From the NCBI GenBank assembly GCA_032718475.1, contig JAUCBJ010007369.1, positions 24,585 through 88,584 of the forward strand: 64,000 nucleotides of DNA, written 5' to 3'. How positions within the stretch are numbered: the first letter of the stretch is position 1; every line of letters starts with the position of its first letter. A program made the position numbers and the translations under genes. This stretch comes from Nemertoderma westbladi. Lineage: Eukaryota > Animalia > Xenacoelomorpha. The notes beneath the pieces are model-generated. The model ran no database searches. It was not told where the DNA came from and saw only the letters and a program-made list of their open reading frames with translations. Shown here piece after piece: positions 50,020-63,862 of the stretch.

Positions 50020-51328
50020 AGAACACGAAGTGGGGCCTTCGCGCAGCACGTGACTTAAATTTAATTTAAGTACTAATTCGAAAGTATTACTGTATTAGCA
50101 AATTTTAAGCAGATTTCGCCTAATCACTTTTTACCTCTTTCATTTCTATTCAGACATTTCTGACTCTAGCGGTATAGTGAGAACTGAAGATGGATTAGGG
50201 TCTCCAGCCCCACAAAGACACAGCCTATGGATGAATAGTACATACGTACATCGGCCAAGTTTCATCTTGAATAACGGATAACGAAATGAGAGACGGATCT
50301 CACTTTCAGAAATTTCGTCGTATAGCTGCAGACCGATTAAATCTCCCCGCCCCCACAAAGACGCAGCATGTGGTCCAGAATATATGGCAAGATTCAGCTT
50401 AAACTGATTAAAATCAATGAGACGGGAGAATCTATTCACTTTCAGGCATAAAGTAGTCCTATAGCGGGTGACTGTTGAACTGATTTTCAACAAAACAAAT
50501 TTTCAACTTGGCAGCTTTAAATTCGACAAAGTTATAAGCATGTCAATATCATAACGACGACAACGATTTCACTTTCAGACATTTGGCCCTCTAGGGGCAG
50601 ACTGGAGAACTGCAGATGGATTCGCTTCCTTTGAAAGTCACAGCTAATGGTCTAATACATATCTACCAAGTTTCAGCTTAAACGGATTAAAAGCAAAGAA
50701 ATGGGAGGGCATTTAATGTTTAGACATGTGGCCCTCTAGCGGGAGACCATTGCACTGATGGTGTCTGAAAGTCTCTCAAAAATCTCAACTTTAGCTCATA
50801 TTGATACCTACAAATTTTCAACTTGGCAGCTTTAAATCCGACAAAGTTATTAGCATGTCAAAATCGTAACAACGACAACGATTTCACTTTCAGACCTTTG
50901 GCCCTCTAGCGGCAGACTGGAGAACTGCAGATGGATTCGCCTCCTTTGAAAGTCACAGCTAATGGTCTAATACATATCTGCCAAGTTTCAGCTTAAACGG
51001 ATTAAAAGCAAAGAAATGGGAGGGCATTTAATGTTTAGACATGTGGCCCTCTAGCGGGAGACCATTGCACTGATGGTGTCTGAAAGTCTCTAAAAATCTC
51101 AACTTTTGCTCATATTGATACCTACAAATTTTCAACTTGGCAGCTTTAAATCCGACAAAGTTATTAGCATGTCAAAATCGTAACGACGACGACGACGACG
51201 ACAACGACGACGACGACGACGACGACAACGACGACGACGACGACGACAACTATTTGCATAAATTGACCCACCCCCTAACAGTGTCAATTCGCTAAGGCTC
51301 CGCCAACTTCGTGGTTCGCCCCACATAA
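50020..51328 (+). mobile_element. Helentron-associated (HINE/DINE-like) element with internal tandem repeats
   Basis: Left hairpin CGAAG..CTTCG and short inverted repeats GTGGGGC (50030) and GCCCCAC (51318). About 157-bp units form about 315-bp dimers (TTTCAACTTGGCAGC at about 50500, 50815 and 51130). A (GAC)n microsatellite spans 51184-51249. Confidence 0.65.
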
Positions 51329-51489
51329 GGGCGCAATTATTATATGCAACCCATATTTTGTCATAAGCACGTTGTGAATAATTCTGTTGGTTCCACAGAC
51401 TGTTACAATAGACCTGAGTACAATAAGCCCAAAATAATGCAACTTTTGAATTCTACCGAACCACGGCCGAAGTTCGTAACTAAGATATT

Positions 51490-53714
51490 TGACCCAGTTG
51501 AGGAGCCACGTTAACCAGTTGAGGAGCCACGTTACCCAATTGAGGAGCCACGTTACCCGGTTGAGGAGCCACGTTACCCAGTTGAGGAGCCACGTTACCC
51601 AGTTGATGAGCCGCGTTACCCAGTTGAGGAGCCACGTTGACCCAGTTGAAGAGCCACGTTACCCAATTGAGAAGCCACGTTACCCAGTTGAGGAGCCACG
51701 TTACCCAATTGAGGAGCCACATTACCCGGTTGAGGAGTCACGTTACCCCGTTGAGGAGCCGCGCTACCCAGTTGAGGAGCCACGTTGACCCAGTTGAAGA
51801 GCCACGTTACCCAATTGAGGAGCCACGTTACCCAGTTGATGAGCCACGTTACCCAATTGAGGAGCCACATTACCCGGTTGAGGAGTCACGTTACCCCGTT
51901 GAGGAGCCGCGCTACCCAGTTGAGGAGCCACGTTGACCCAGTTGAAGAGCCACGTTACCCAATTGAGGAACCACGTTGCGTTACCCAGTTGAGGAGCCAC
52001 CTTACCCATTTGAGGAGCCGCGTTACCCAGTTGAGGAGCCACGTTGACCCAGTTGAAGAGCCACGTTACCCAGTTGAGGAGCCACGTTGACCCAGTTGAA
52101 GAGCCACGTTACCCAATTGAGGAGCCACGTTACCCGGTTGAGGAGCCACGTTACCCAGTTGAGGAGCCATGTTACCCAGTTGAGCAGCCACGTTACCCAG
52201 TTGAGGAGCCACGTTACCCAGTTGAGGAGCCACGTTGACCCAGTTGAAGAGCCACGTTACCCAATTGAGGAGCCACGTTACCCGGTTGAGGAGCCACGTT
52301 ACCCAGTTGAGGAGCCACGTTACCCGGTTGAGGAACCACGTTACCCAGTTGAGGAGCCACGTTACCCAGTTGAGGAGCCACGTTACCCAGTTGAGGAGCC
52401 ACGTTGACCCAGTTGAAGAGCCACGTTACCCAATTGAGGAGCCACGTTACCCGGTTGAGGAGCCACGTTAACCAGTTGAGGAGCCACGTTACCCAGTTGA
52501 GGAGCCACGTTACCCAGTTGAGGAGCCACGTTACCCAGTTGAGGAGCCACGTTACCCAGTTGAGGAGCCACGTTACCCGGTTGAGGAGCCACGTTACCCA
52601 ATTGAGGAGCCACGCTACCCAGTTGAAGAGCCACGTTACCCAATTGAGGAGCCACGTTACCCAGTTGAGGAGCCGCGTTACCCAGTTGAGGAGCCACGTT
52701 ACCCAGTTGAAGAGCCACGTTACCCGGTTGAGGAGCCACGTTACCCAGTTGAGGAGCCACGTTACCCAGTTGAGGAGCCACGTTACCCGGTTGAGGAGCC
52801 ACGTTACCCAGTTGAGGAGCCGCGTTACCCAGTTGAGGAGCCACGTTACCCAGTTGAGGAGCCACGTTACCCAGTTGAGGAGCCACGTTACCTAATTGAG
52901 GAGCCACGTTACCCAGTTGAAGAGCCACGTTACCCAATTGAGGAGCCACGTTACCCGGTTGAGGAGCCACGTTACCCAGTTGAGGAGCCGCGTTACCCAG
53001 TTGAGGAGCCACGTTACCCAGTTGAGGAGCCACGTTACCCAGTTGAGGAGCCACGTTACCCAGTTGAGGAGCCACGTTACCCAGTTGAGGAGCCACGTTA
53101 CCCAGTTGAGGAGCCGCGTTACCCAGTTGAGGAGCCACGTTGACCCAGTTGAAGAGCCACGTTACCCAATTGAGGAGCCACGTTACCCGGTTGAGGAGCC
53201 ACGTTACCCAGTTGAGGAGCCACGTTACCCAGTTGAGGAGCCACGTTACCCCGTTGAGGAGCCGCGCTACCCAGTTGAGGAGCCACGTTACCCGGTTGAG
53301 GAGCCACGTTACCCAGTTGAGGAGCCACGTTACCCGGTTGAGGAGCCACGTTACCCAGTTGAGGAGCCACGTTACCCAGTTGAGGAGCCACGTTACCCAG
53401 TTGAGGAGCCACGTTACCCAGTTGAGGAGCCACGTTACCCAGTTGAGGAGCCACGTTACCCAGTTGAGGAGCCACGTTACCCAGTTGAGGAGCCACGTTA
53501 CCCGGTTGAGGTGCCACGTTACCCGGTTGAGGAGCCACGTTACCCAGTTGAGGAGCCACGTTACCCAGTTGAGGAGCCAAGTTGACCCAGTTGAAGAGCC
53601 ACGTTACCCAGTTGAGGAGCCACGTTACCCAGTTGAGGAGCCACGTTACCCAATTGAGGAGCCATGTTACCCGGTTGAGGAGCCACGTTACCCAGTTGAG
53701 GAGCCACGTTACCC
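51490..53714 (+). repeat. 21-bp satellite, about 105 copies
   Basis: Consensus GTTACCCAGTTGAGGAGCCAC, very homogeneous, with a recurrent 22-bp variant GTTGACCCAGTTGAAGAGCCAC. Confidence 0.97.
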
Positions 53715-53764
53715 TGTTTCATTCATCTACTGTAGGTATAGCTACTGCAGTACTGTAATTGTGA

Positions 53765-53920
53765 GTGGAACAAAATTCGCAGTCATAGGAACAAAGTTCG
53801 CAATAGATTTGCAAGACAGGCAGACTAATTCAATTTCATAGGAACAAAATTTGCTAAAATAGGAACAAAATTCGCAAAAATAGGAACAAAGTTCGCTGTG
53901 AATTGGAACAAAATTCGCAT
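53765..53920 (+). repeat. Cluster of GGAACAAAATTCGC repeats (about 21-bp spacing)
   Basis: Six copies of GGAACAAARTTYGC, resembling a DNA-transposon subterminal array. Confidence 0.7.
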
Positions 53921-56900
53921 ATTCACATTTAAGGTACAATGTTCGCACTCCGAATTAAACGCATTTCAATGTGAAGTGGTATATTATTAGGCAAGTAATG
54001 TTACGGGCAAGTGACAGTTAACCAAACCAAACCAATAGGCAATGCTTTTGATGTTACCGCTGATGGATGGATGGTCAGATGTAACCACAACGTTTACGTA
54101 ATTGATTTATGTGACCGACCATATTATATGGAAAGAGACATGTCAGACAGCCCCTGGAAGGGAAGAGACCCGCCAGACAAGAGCAGTCTCCAGCTCGCCG
54201 AAGCTACTATTGTGGTTTACATTGGTGCAGACATCATGTCGTCATTAGTCAGTAGAATAGTTAGTTCCCTTCCGACCTTGGCTACTTTATAATCACCTGG
54301 ACAACTACTGTATATGATATCATTCAATTAGCGGCATTTTTCAAAAGAATTCCAGTAGCATGGGAATGAACATTCAATATCTGAAGCGGGTTGAATCAAG
54401 AATAGAATTAGAGTGGAGTGTGTAGAGATATTGTGGTGGGTTATTTATTATATTTATAGTGTTTGGTATGCCTCCTCCATACACCGTCTCACACTCTCAC
54501 ACTGAAGAAATTAAACTTGTTTTTGAAGTTCAATATGTACAATTTAAAATTTAATTTCGTTAATACCGCGGTCACAAACGCTAATTAAAACGTAGGTAGT
54601 TTAAATATAAATATTGTTAATTTTTCATGACTTATTTTATTGGTCATACTATGGCAGCCCACATGTGTAGATTATACCAGGTTTTCAATTTTCGGTCGGA
54701 TTTTGATGTTTTCTTTTTATGCAAGTGACCCATTGGGCAAGTGACAGTTAATCAACTGTCACTTGCCCCCAATATGTCACTTGTCCATAATTGGCCTTTA
54801 TTGCCTTATTTTAATCTCAAAGTATCTGATCGCACTGATTAAATAGCGAACCTTTACTACTATAGCGTCCAAAGCAATGGAATAATAACGTTGAAATGAA
54901 CCGTGCTGACATGTCTTCGTTGTTATGAAAGTGCGGTTTAAATTAAGTTTGTAGAATGTAGAGTTTGTGATGCCTGCAAAATAATAATTATAAACATAAA
55001 TAATTTGAAGTGAATTCCATAACCGGAATATTTATCATCATGTAATAGACTTATGTTTTGTAGAATTATTGGAATTTTGAGCAACTTAATGGGCAAGTTT
55101 CCTAATGGGGAAATGACTTATTGGGAAAGCGACTCATTATTCGTTTTCGATTATAATTTTTATTGTGTAAGTAACTCGTCTGATTTTATTGGGTAAGTGG
55201 CACAATGCATATTGGGCAACTTAGTGCACCCCTTTTGGTCTCCATTAGACCCGATCAACCTTAAGGCATGCAGACAAGAAATTCGTGCCTCTTTTTCAAC
55301 TCCGAGAAATAGAACTTCTTAGCTATAAATATCGGGATATGTTAGTCGTCTATCATCAATTAATTTACAATCATATGCCCACAGACATGACATGACATGA
55401 CATTTTATATCACGATTGAACATAATTAGGGAGTGGGGGGGGGGGGGGGGGGTTTCTTCGAGTTCGAAGCAATCAAAATGCATTCCTCTGTAGGGAAAAT
55501 CGAGCCAAAGAATCACCAAATAAAATAATCTTGCAAAATGAGCTATTGACTCTTGTTTATTGTTTTGGTTGGAATAATATTTTCTCCTTTACCTAAATTG
55601 ATAACTAACGTTAATTCGTTAAGACGATAATTACTATGTACTACGCGAGTACTCTTGATTTCTCCACTATACAAACTACGGTATTATTTATTTATATGCG
55701 TTTCTACTATAAGTTTACGCAGCGTAAAGTTAACATTGGTTGAATGTTTACCTCCGGCCCACCTCTGCTCAACCAGGAGAAACGACCGATCGACCTCGGA
55801 ACTTGAAAGTAGGCGATAAAGTAGATAATGTCTGCTAACGAATGTCAGAGAGAAATATATTATTTTCTATTCGTAGCCGTTGGCGTAGCAGTTTTATGTG
55901 ACTAACCTCACAATTAGCCTGTCAGCCCCTGTCTCCATAGCAAAGAATGGAAGTTATTCAAGAAGTGTTCTGTTCAAATCGCTTACAAAGAGAACTCCAC
56001 AAAATGCGGCGGCCCTTCTCCAGTGGTAATAACTTGTGGTCGTTACGATAAGGTGCGTCATCCCAACGGGCCCCATTCCACATTCCCATTTACCGTCAAA
56101 ACCGCCACTGAATCGCACGTGATGCTACTTCCTTGTGGATGAGGTCACATACGGTGGTGACCTGATGCCAATTAAATAAACCCAGGTGGACCGCTGATCG
56201 CCTAGGTTAGTCATCGCGCACAATCAATGGAACTTAAGTACTCTTCAATCCCCGATATAGCTAGAGTCCCTATTTACAATTTGGTTAAGGCTTGGAGTTA
56301 ATTTTCTGTAATGAAGCCCCAATCCCAGTTTATATTGAACAGGGCCGATGAATAATCCCTTTGAATTGGGGACATAAAAGGAAGCTAATAATAATACCAA
56401 CAAAATCTATAGGGAGTATTATAATTGAAACAGGGTTAGGCCTTTAGACCATTCATGTTCCCATGAAGTTATCTGAAGGTCTTCTATAATCATGGCTTCT
56501 CAACCTGAAGCCCAACAATGCGATACAGAAGAGGTGCATCACATGTGTACTGGTGGGATAGTGGTATGGCATAAAAGCCCTGAATACCTTTAAAATTACA
56601 AAGCTTTTATGATCCGTTCACTTACACCTTCATTTACAAGTGCACACAATATGACAGGAGCATATAAACTCAGGGATTAGTGATTGTTGAGACGCCACTG
56701 AGACGTTCATTGAACCTTAAATTGAACGAAATAGAATGTCAAGGGGAGTGTACGTAGTTTATGCACGAATAAACGGCTAGTGAGAAAAATTGAAACTATA
56801 ATGCTACTGTAATTACCGTCATTTATACTTTTTTTACATACACTAATACACATCGGAACATACCGGTAGTTTTCGTTTTGGATTTGCATAATATTTGCCC

Positions 56901-56967
56901 AACAACGTAGGACTAATATTTGGGAGAGTGCAAAACAAAGACTAAAGACCTGTACAAAACACCTGAG

Positions 56968-57219
56968 TTAACTTTTGTTTATTGTTTTGGTTCCCTCAAC
57001 ACGCCTCTGCAACCTGCTCCTTTACTAACCTGCTCCTTTAAATGTCGTGGGCCTACGCTCTTTGGGACCTAACGCTCTTTGGGACCTAACGCGACTTTAC
57101 CTCTTTGTTTTGAACACGTCCCAAAGAGCGTTAAGGTCCCATCGACATTTAAAGGAGCAGGTCAGTAAAGGAGCAGGTTACATAGGCGTGTTTTTGGAAA
57201 ACAATAAACGAAAGTTAGC
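56968..57219. mobile_element. Palindromic MITE-like element
   Basis: Inverted arms of about 110 bp: GTTTATTGTTTT..ACCTGCTCCTTTA..CGCTCTTTGGGAC and GTCCCAAAGAGCG..TAAAGGAGCAGGT..AAAACAATAAAC. Confidence 0.8.
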
Positions 57220-57359
57220 ACATGTTACAAGATTATGCAGGTTACATAATTGGGTCTTCGGTCTTCGTACTCACCCCTAATATTTGCAAAGTATTAGCTT
57301 AGTACTGTACGGATTGAAAGCAAAGAAATGTTGTGATATCGTGATACTTTTGAACTAAC

Positions 57360-59105
57360 GGAGTCTGAAAGTCTCTAAAAAATCTCTACTTATTGATTTT
57401 TGGTTAAATTTTCATCTCGACGTATTTAACCCTATCTGGCTCGGGTATTTTACTACGTAATTGACCCGGGGGAGGGGGGTCATTTTAGAATTTTTTTAGA
57501 TCTTGTCTCAAAAATTACAATTTTGATGGTATGGGTAAGGGTTTTCGAGGTCGCTGATCATGATAAAACTAGTTACTGTATATTTTGGTAATGCAAACTC
57601 AATTTTGGTGCCATTCTGATGCCCCAGAACGAAAAGTCAAGCCGAAAAATATTACTGTACAACTGTTATATTTTATTGCCTTTAGTTTGGTAATTCTGAA
57701 GCTACTGTATATTGGATTTCAAGGTCGCTGATCACGATAGGCCTACAAATCGTTAACAATCTTCGTGGTAACGCAACTACAGGTAAAAATCGGGTAAAAA
57801 ATTGGATAATATGATATTTTTGAGTGTCATGTTCGTGATCAGCGTCCCACAAAACCAATGATGTCTTAAAATCAGTTGATTTGGTGATGATTTATGAATA
57901 TCATATGTGTTTATACTGTATTTTTCGTGTCGCCTATTGACACATATCCAAACATCCTAATCAACGAGGTACTGCACGTTATATTTCAGTTTCATATTCG
58001 TGATCAACATCCCAAACAACCCATATGTTCACAAAGTCAATTTGATTTTGTGGTGATTTTTTGTTATCATGTATCATGCCTGTGTACTTCTTTCTTTTCG
58101 TGTCCCAGGGGGGACATTCAAAATGACCGAAAAATTTATCTAAGGTTATAATTGAGTTCTATAATCGTGATCCAAAAAAACCACTATATCGCAAATAAAT
58201 TAATTTTAGTGAGCCAAAAAAATCTTTTAAAAAATTTAGCACGAAAAATACTGGAGATGGGTGCCAGAAATTGACCACAGCACGAAAACTAAGAGATGCA
58301 AGATGCATCGTATTTTATTTTATACTGTATATTGATAGCTTTTATGTTATTTTTTATTGCGTTTCTGACCATCCACATATCATTTAATTTTTTTCAAGAG
58401 ACCTGCTGCCTGTGGCTGGCGTTGTGGCAAAGTTAGATGATCAACTGCGAGATGATCCCGACCACAGATATTTGCGAATTATACTCGCATGTCCGCCCAT
58501 TGGTGATGGAAACATTCAAAGATGTAGACCTAGCACCAAGTTTAGAAAAGCGATTGGAGCGAAGGAAAAACTGCTAAGTCACACTGAGTTACATTATAGG
58601 CCTAATACAGTATAATATTGGGTGGCAACCCACACCAATATTACTATGATTATTTTAATGTATATTTCAAAGAATTCATCTTGCATCTCTAGTGTACGGC
58701 CTCCCATAGTCTACCATGTATTCTATATTCGAGATGCAAGATGCAAAAAATAGATCATCTAGGATGTCCTTTTTTGCAACTTGCATCTCTAGTGTGCGGC
58801 TGGCCTTACATAACCATGTAAACGACGTTTGATCTGTCGGATGACTCATTAAATTTATGGAAAATTCACGAAATATCGGTTTTCCCAACAAACCTGACTG
58901 GAAGATACAGATTAATTACAAAAAAAAAATATAAAATGACACCCCCGCGCCCCGACCAAATAGAGTTAAAGCTGAGGCTAGAGCTTAAAGCTAAAGTTAT
59001 TAGCATGTCAAAATTGTGACGACAACAGCTACTTCCAAAAATTTACCCATCCCCTAACTGTGTCGGTTCGATAAAACTCTGCCAACTCCGTGGCTCGCCC
59101 CACAA
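57360..59105 (+). mobile_element. Truncated copy of the HINE-like family, split by a TTAA insertion
   Basis: GTCTGAAAGTCTCTAAAAA (57363) and AAAGTTATTAGCATGTCAAAAT..GCCAACTCCGTGGCTCGCCCCACA (58993-59104) match 51078-51325. Confidence 0.7.
57430..58965. mobile_element. piggyBac-like non-autonomous element
   Basis: TTAA at 57426-57429 and 58966-58969. Imperfect TIRs CCCTATCTGGCTCGGG and CTCTATTTGGTCGGGG. It splits a HINE-like repeat. Confidence 0.75.
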
Positions 59106-62100
59106 TCAACCATCGTCTGCGCTGATACAATTCTCAGAACTGAGGCAAATACACTGAGGAGTAATTGACCTGTTTGAAGAAATGCAGTCAGTTATTCAAC
59201 CCGAATTAAATGTAGTCAACCCAGCTATGAAATGTTTACTTTACATAATTGATTGAGTGTCTCGTAACATAACTAATCTGTGCCTTAATATAATTAAATA
59301 AATACACATTGTGTCATGGGAATTTCGGGATACCTATTCCAAAATGGGTTATTAATCATAGATGACAATAAATACTCGTAAACACTGTACGAATAAGTTA
59401 TGGGTATCTTAATTGATAAATAATCACAATTCTCGGTTATTAATAATATTATAAACTTTGCATGCCTACCTGCCATCTCGGCATATAATTAATAAGTCCG
59501 ACGCCTCAACTACACTGTCGCCGCTGCCTGCAGACTGTTTAATGGGCCATTCAATTATCCAAAAGACTTACTTTCCCAGTGTATAAATAACAGAACAGTG
59601 TCTTCTTTTTAATAAACTTTGTGGAGTCTATATTATTTGGCATCTGTGACTCTATGTATACAGAGACCGCCTTAACATTATCAGGATGTATCAGGATTAT
59701 TACCTTTACATTCAGTGAGGCGGAACGTTTTTTATATAATTTATAAACACGTTTAAATTATGTTTTTGATGTTTAGCCGGCTGCTCCGGCTGCTCAGTCG
59801 TTGCACCATTTACCTTACAAACAGACCTGTCGGCCAACAGACTGTTTGGCACGAAGGGAAGGTATTCCCTCCAAGGCAAACTTCAGCAGAGTGTAGGTAG
59901 ATGATAGATTGAAATTTATAAAACGAACAATATTCAAAACACAGACACAGTGCTGGTCACATAATATACATTATGGACCTTCCAAGGTGTACGAATTCAT
60001 TTACTTAGAAAATATAAAAGGATAGGGGCAGAGGGAGTGGGGGTGGGGGATTCACAATTAACCCCTCTCCGGGAGGGGAAAATCGACGCAAATAACAGAT
60101 GAATACTTTCAAAAATAAAACTGTAACCTGTTCTTCTTCTACTAACTTTGGTTTAATGTTACTACTTTACTTCCCCTAAGTTTAATATTAGGTTTCAGAT
60201 ATTGATGTTTCAGAGTTTCATATATTGTTTAGCAGCTAGAAAATTCCACACTGTAACCCTACGTTTCCATTAGTGAGATCTAAAAGTAAAGTGAATTACT
60301 ACCCCACTTAAAAAGACCTCACTATATATACCCTGGCAGTGCTATAAAATTTATGAATGGATGTGTACAAATTTAAACAACGTCTGCCACAAATCAATAC
60401 TATGGTAAGGTTTCCCTGACTTAGCGAGTGGGTATGAGTTAATCAGTTGTCTGTAAAGGTGGAGAGATATTGTATAATATAGATAGATTGGTGTGAAAGT
60501 CTGTCAGAGAAGTCATAGAGAGCTCATATACACAATGATATCAGCAGGTAGGCTATGAATTGGAACAGCGCGAAATAAGAGAGTGCCTTGGGGATCAATA
60601 TTAACCCTGGCAGTCTATTAGTGTTGTTTGACCCAAGGTGATTCAATTACTTCTTACTGATTTGATTTTTTTGGTACCACATCTATAACTGGGGGAAATT
60701 AAACACCTCAACCCAAGTTTATATTCCAGCTGTGATGTTTAATATCATAGATATTAATTCAGTAACAACACAGCAGGTACACATATGTTACATCAAAATA
60801 CACAAAACAACAAAATGTTATCTGTGTCGGCTTGTAGACCTTCAGGCCATATACCAATATATATTATGGTGAGCCTGAGTTACAATATTTAGGGCAATGT
60901 TATTTGCAGCTGGCTGTGGTGGTGAAAATAATTATTTATTGTTTTTTTTGCAGTACAAAATGGGACAAACAAAAAACTTGATATAATTCAATGCGTTACT
61001 TTATTTATTAGAATTCACCAGTTTTGCAACTGGTGACTGATTATGTTACCAAAAATGTTGGTGATTAAAAAAATACAGTAGATCTAAAATACCGCGGCAC
61101 CGCTAATTCCGTAATTCCACAAGGAAGGCCCCTTGGCACTATACCGAGGTGATATAATCAGAATTCCTAAATAATAAAATCGTCAACCATATAATAGCCC
61201 TGCAATGGATAATAGGGGACATGGGCCCGGACTATCTATCTATTCCCTTCACATCACATCATATACCTGCCCTGCAAGAAAAGGGCCTAATTATTGAATT
61301 ATAATGGGATAGGAATGCCTCTAGTTCTACTACATTGGTTGGTTGCCTTGGCTTACAATACAGACTACCTTCCCTTTATAGTTAGCTGCATTATCCATAC
61401 ACCGTCGTATGTGCGTACAAGATAGAGTGTACAGCCTACAGGTCCGTGGAATACGTACGTCCAAGGCCACCACCCGTCCCACCACAATAGCCACGCGTCC
61501 TTGTAAATTCGTGGAATGTGCCCTGAGGCCTCCTCTGGTTTTAAGAAACATGTACCTCCTTACATTGAATTTTTATTATTTAATATAAGAAGCATTTCCA
61601 TTTACAAAGCTGCAGAATGTTAGTATACAATGGTTTGGCGAAGAATAAGGCAGGAAATGGGTCGCTAGGATAGCGAACGGAGTTCACATTACATTGAGGG
61701 CAATAGTGGGAATGGTCATTCACTAAATAATTCATTGTTGAATAGAGTTGAAGAATTTCTATTGAATTGTGGAGTCAAAGGCGACCTACGGAAAGTGAAA
61801 CTATTTAAGTTGCATACAGCATTTACAGCTAGTACTCATTGCTTACCCTACACTTTACTGTTATTGCAAATGTAATGCCGGGGTTGGGTGGTTAGTATGA
61901 AGGTGATGCATAGCCTGGGTGATGTAACCAGCCATTAAGGTAAGATAAGGCTAGCAGTTACACTACAGTAGATTGATTAGCTTGCTACATAGGTACGTAT
62001 GAGCCGGTACGTATATATGCAATATATGTCAGTCTCACCTTGCCAAGGAGAGGAACTAAAGGTAAAACCATCATTGAATTTATTGTCCAGTCACACGCAG

Positions 62101-62417
62101 CCGGACCTAAGGCTGGCTATTTATTAACTATTATTTGAATAGACAACAACAGCCCGGCATAGACTCACGCCAAGTTTATGCGAGATTTTATTGCTACATA
62201 CAGGACATCCCGATATGGGATTAATGATTGATTGATCGCGAAATCAAATTAAACGATTACTAATTATTCTGAAAAAACAACCAATGGATTATAACACTTT
62301 ATAAAATAATAGTTTGTTTATTAGTACCAACACTTAAAAAGCGTGCCCCCCCCCCCCCCCCCAGTATATAATTGTATTATTACTCCTTTCCCTATCAATT
62401 GGTTATTACCAATTGAA

Positions 62418-62473
62418 TTTCTAACCAAAACAATTAACGATGTTATTACATCGTTAATTGTTTTGGTTAGAAA
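62418..62473. repeat. Perfect 26-bp-arm hairpin
   Basis: TTTCTAACCAAAACAATTAACGATGT-TATT-ACATCGTTAATTGTTTTGGTTAGAAA. Confidence 0.9.
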
Positions 62474-63862
62474 AGGAAGGCCGTCTCTCTCTGTACCCTT
62501 AATTGTTAACAACATTGTTTGTTGTTTTGGTTAAAAAAGTATAAACAATGTTTATTGTATGTCAGTAATGTGAATTGTAATATTAATATTGTAGCATTCA
62601 AAGATTGAATGACTATCACGCATCGCAATAATACGCCATTCGTATATCACATTCGTTTTGTTGATGTTCCTTGTCGCAAATAGGCCTATATAACTTGTAT
62701 TGATTCTTTATTTCACAGCGTCATTTAATAATATAATTTTCTGTAAAGTGATGTAAGTCAATAAATACCTATTGTGTGTTAATATTTGATCAATAAACAT
62801 CAGGATTCGTGTTGAATCATAAAGACCATCACAACAACCGACCGACACTATTGACAAACCTTATATTTCCAGTTAATAGGTTGACAATTAATTCCAAGAA
62901 GGCCATTAAACCTACGAAACCCAGGGCATTTTTATGAAATCTATTCAGAGGATATAACAGATGAGACACTATTAACAATCTTATCAATCCAATTCAACTA
63001 CCACGCGTAGAAGACATTGTTCCTGGGACCCCATAGAATGGCACAGCTCGAGTTTGTATTTCCCCGCAGTAAGATATAGTAATATTATCAGTAGGCGTGT
63101 ATAGTATTTAGTCTACATAAGACGCATTAATAATACAGAACATTGTGTTTAAGATTATACCAACAGCGCCCATAGGTTATCTATAGAGTAAACCACCATC
63201 CCGCCTGTATAATTGCAAGATGGATTTCTGTATATGAATATTATATATGTTACCCGCTTTATGGACAAGCGTTTATTTACAACTTGGTACACGAATGTTA
63301 ACCTAGGCTACTATTCGCTCTTATCTGTGTACTGAGAAACAGATAAGTGACATAAGGCTTATTTACTGCTAACACACAGGGCCCAGTTTAAGTGCAAATA
63401 CCTATCCATTTGGCTAGGCGACTGTCCAAAACGATTATTGAATATTTGATATAGAGTTTAAGTCCATTTGTTTATGTTATAGGCAATGGTATGACCACAA
63501 AGTTGCCCATCAAGACAACAATGGGTTCGTTTTGTTAAGAAACCTTTATTATCGCACCCCATTAAATAGGCCATCTAGGTGTTACCTTTAGGCAACAGGT
63601 TGGTTACTGTGTGCCACAAACACAGAAACACGATCAATGTGGTTTATAATCGGGGTAAGATAGAATATTATATGATAGTATTACCCAGATTGAAGCTATT
63701 TTTTTTAGAATCGATTACACTTTCGAAAGTTTTTACTGTTTTTAACTAACCTCCAAAAAAATATCTATTTTTATAAAACGAAATTAAATTTGTTTATTAA
63801 GAAATTGTCAGTTTTCCTAGAAACAGATCACAGATTATTATGCCCCTTTAGTGGAAAAATTT

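Noticed and set aside
51132-51326. Arg-rich protamine-like ORF
   Set aside because: It is the reverse translation of the (GAC)n microsatellite inside the HINE-like element.
43650-53714. CRISPR-like arrays
   Set aside because: The units are directly adjacent with no unique spacers, there are no cas genes, and the context is eukaryotic.
51480-53841. ORFs with EEPRYPV, TQLRSHV and PQLGNVA repeats
   Set aside because: They are translations of a 21-bp satellite. The recurrent 22-bp variant breaks the frame, showing no coding constraint.
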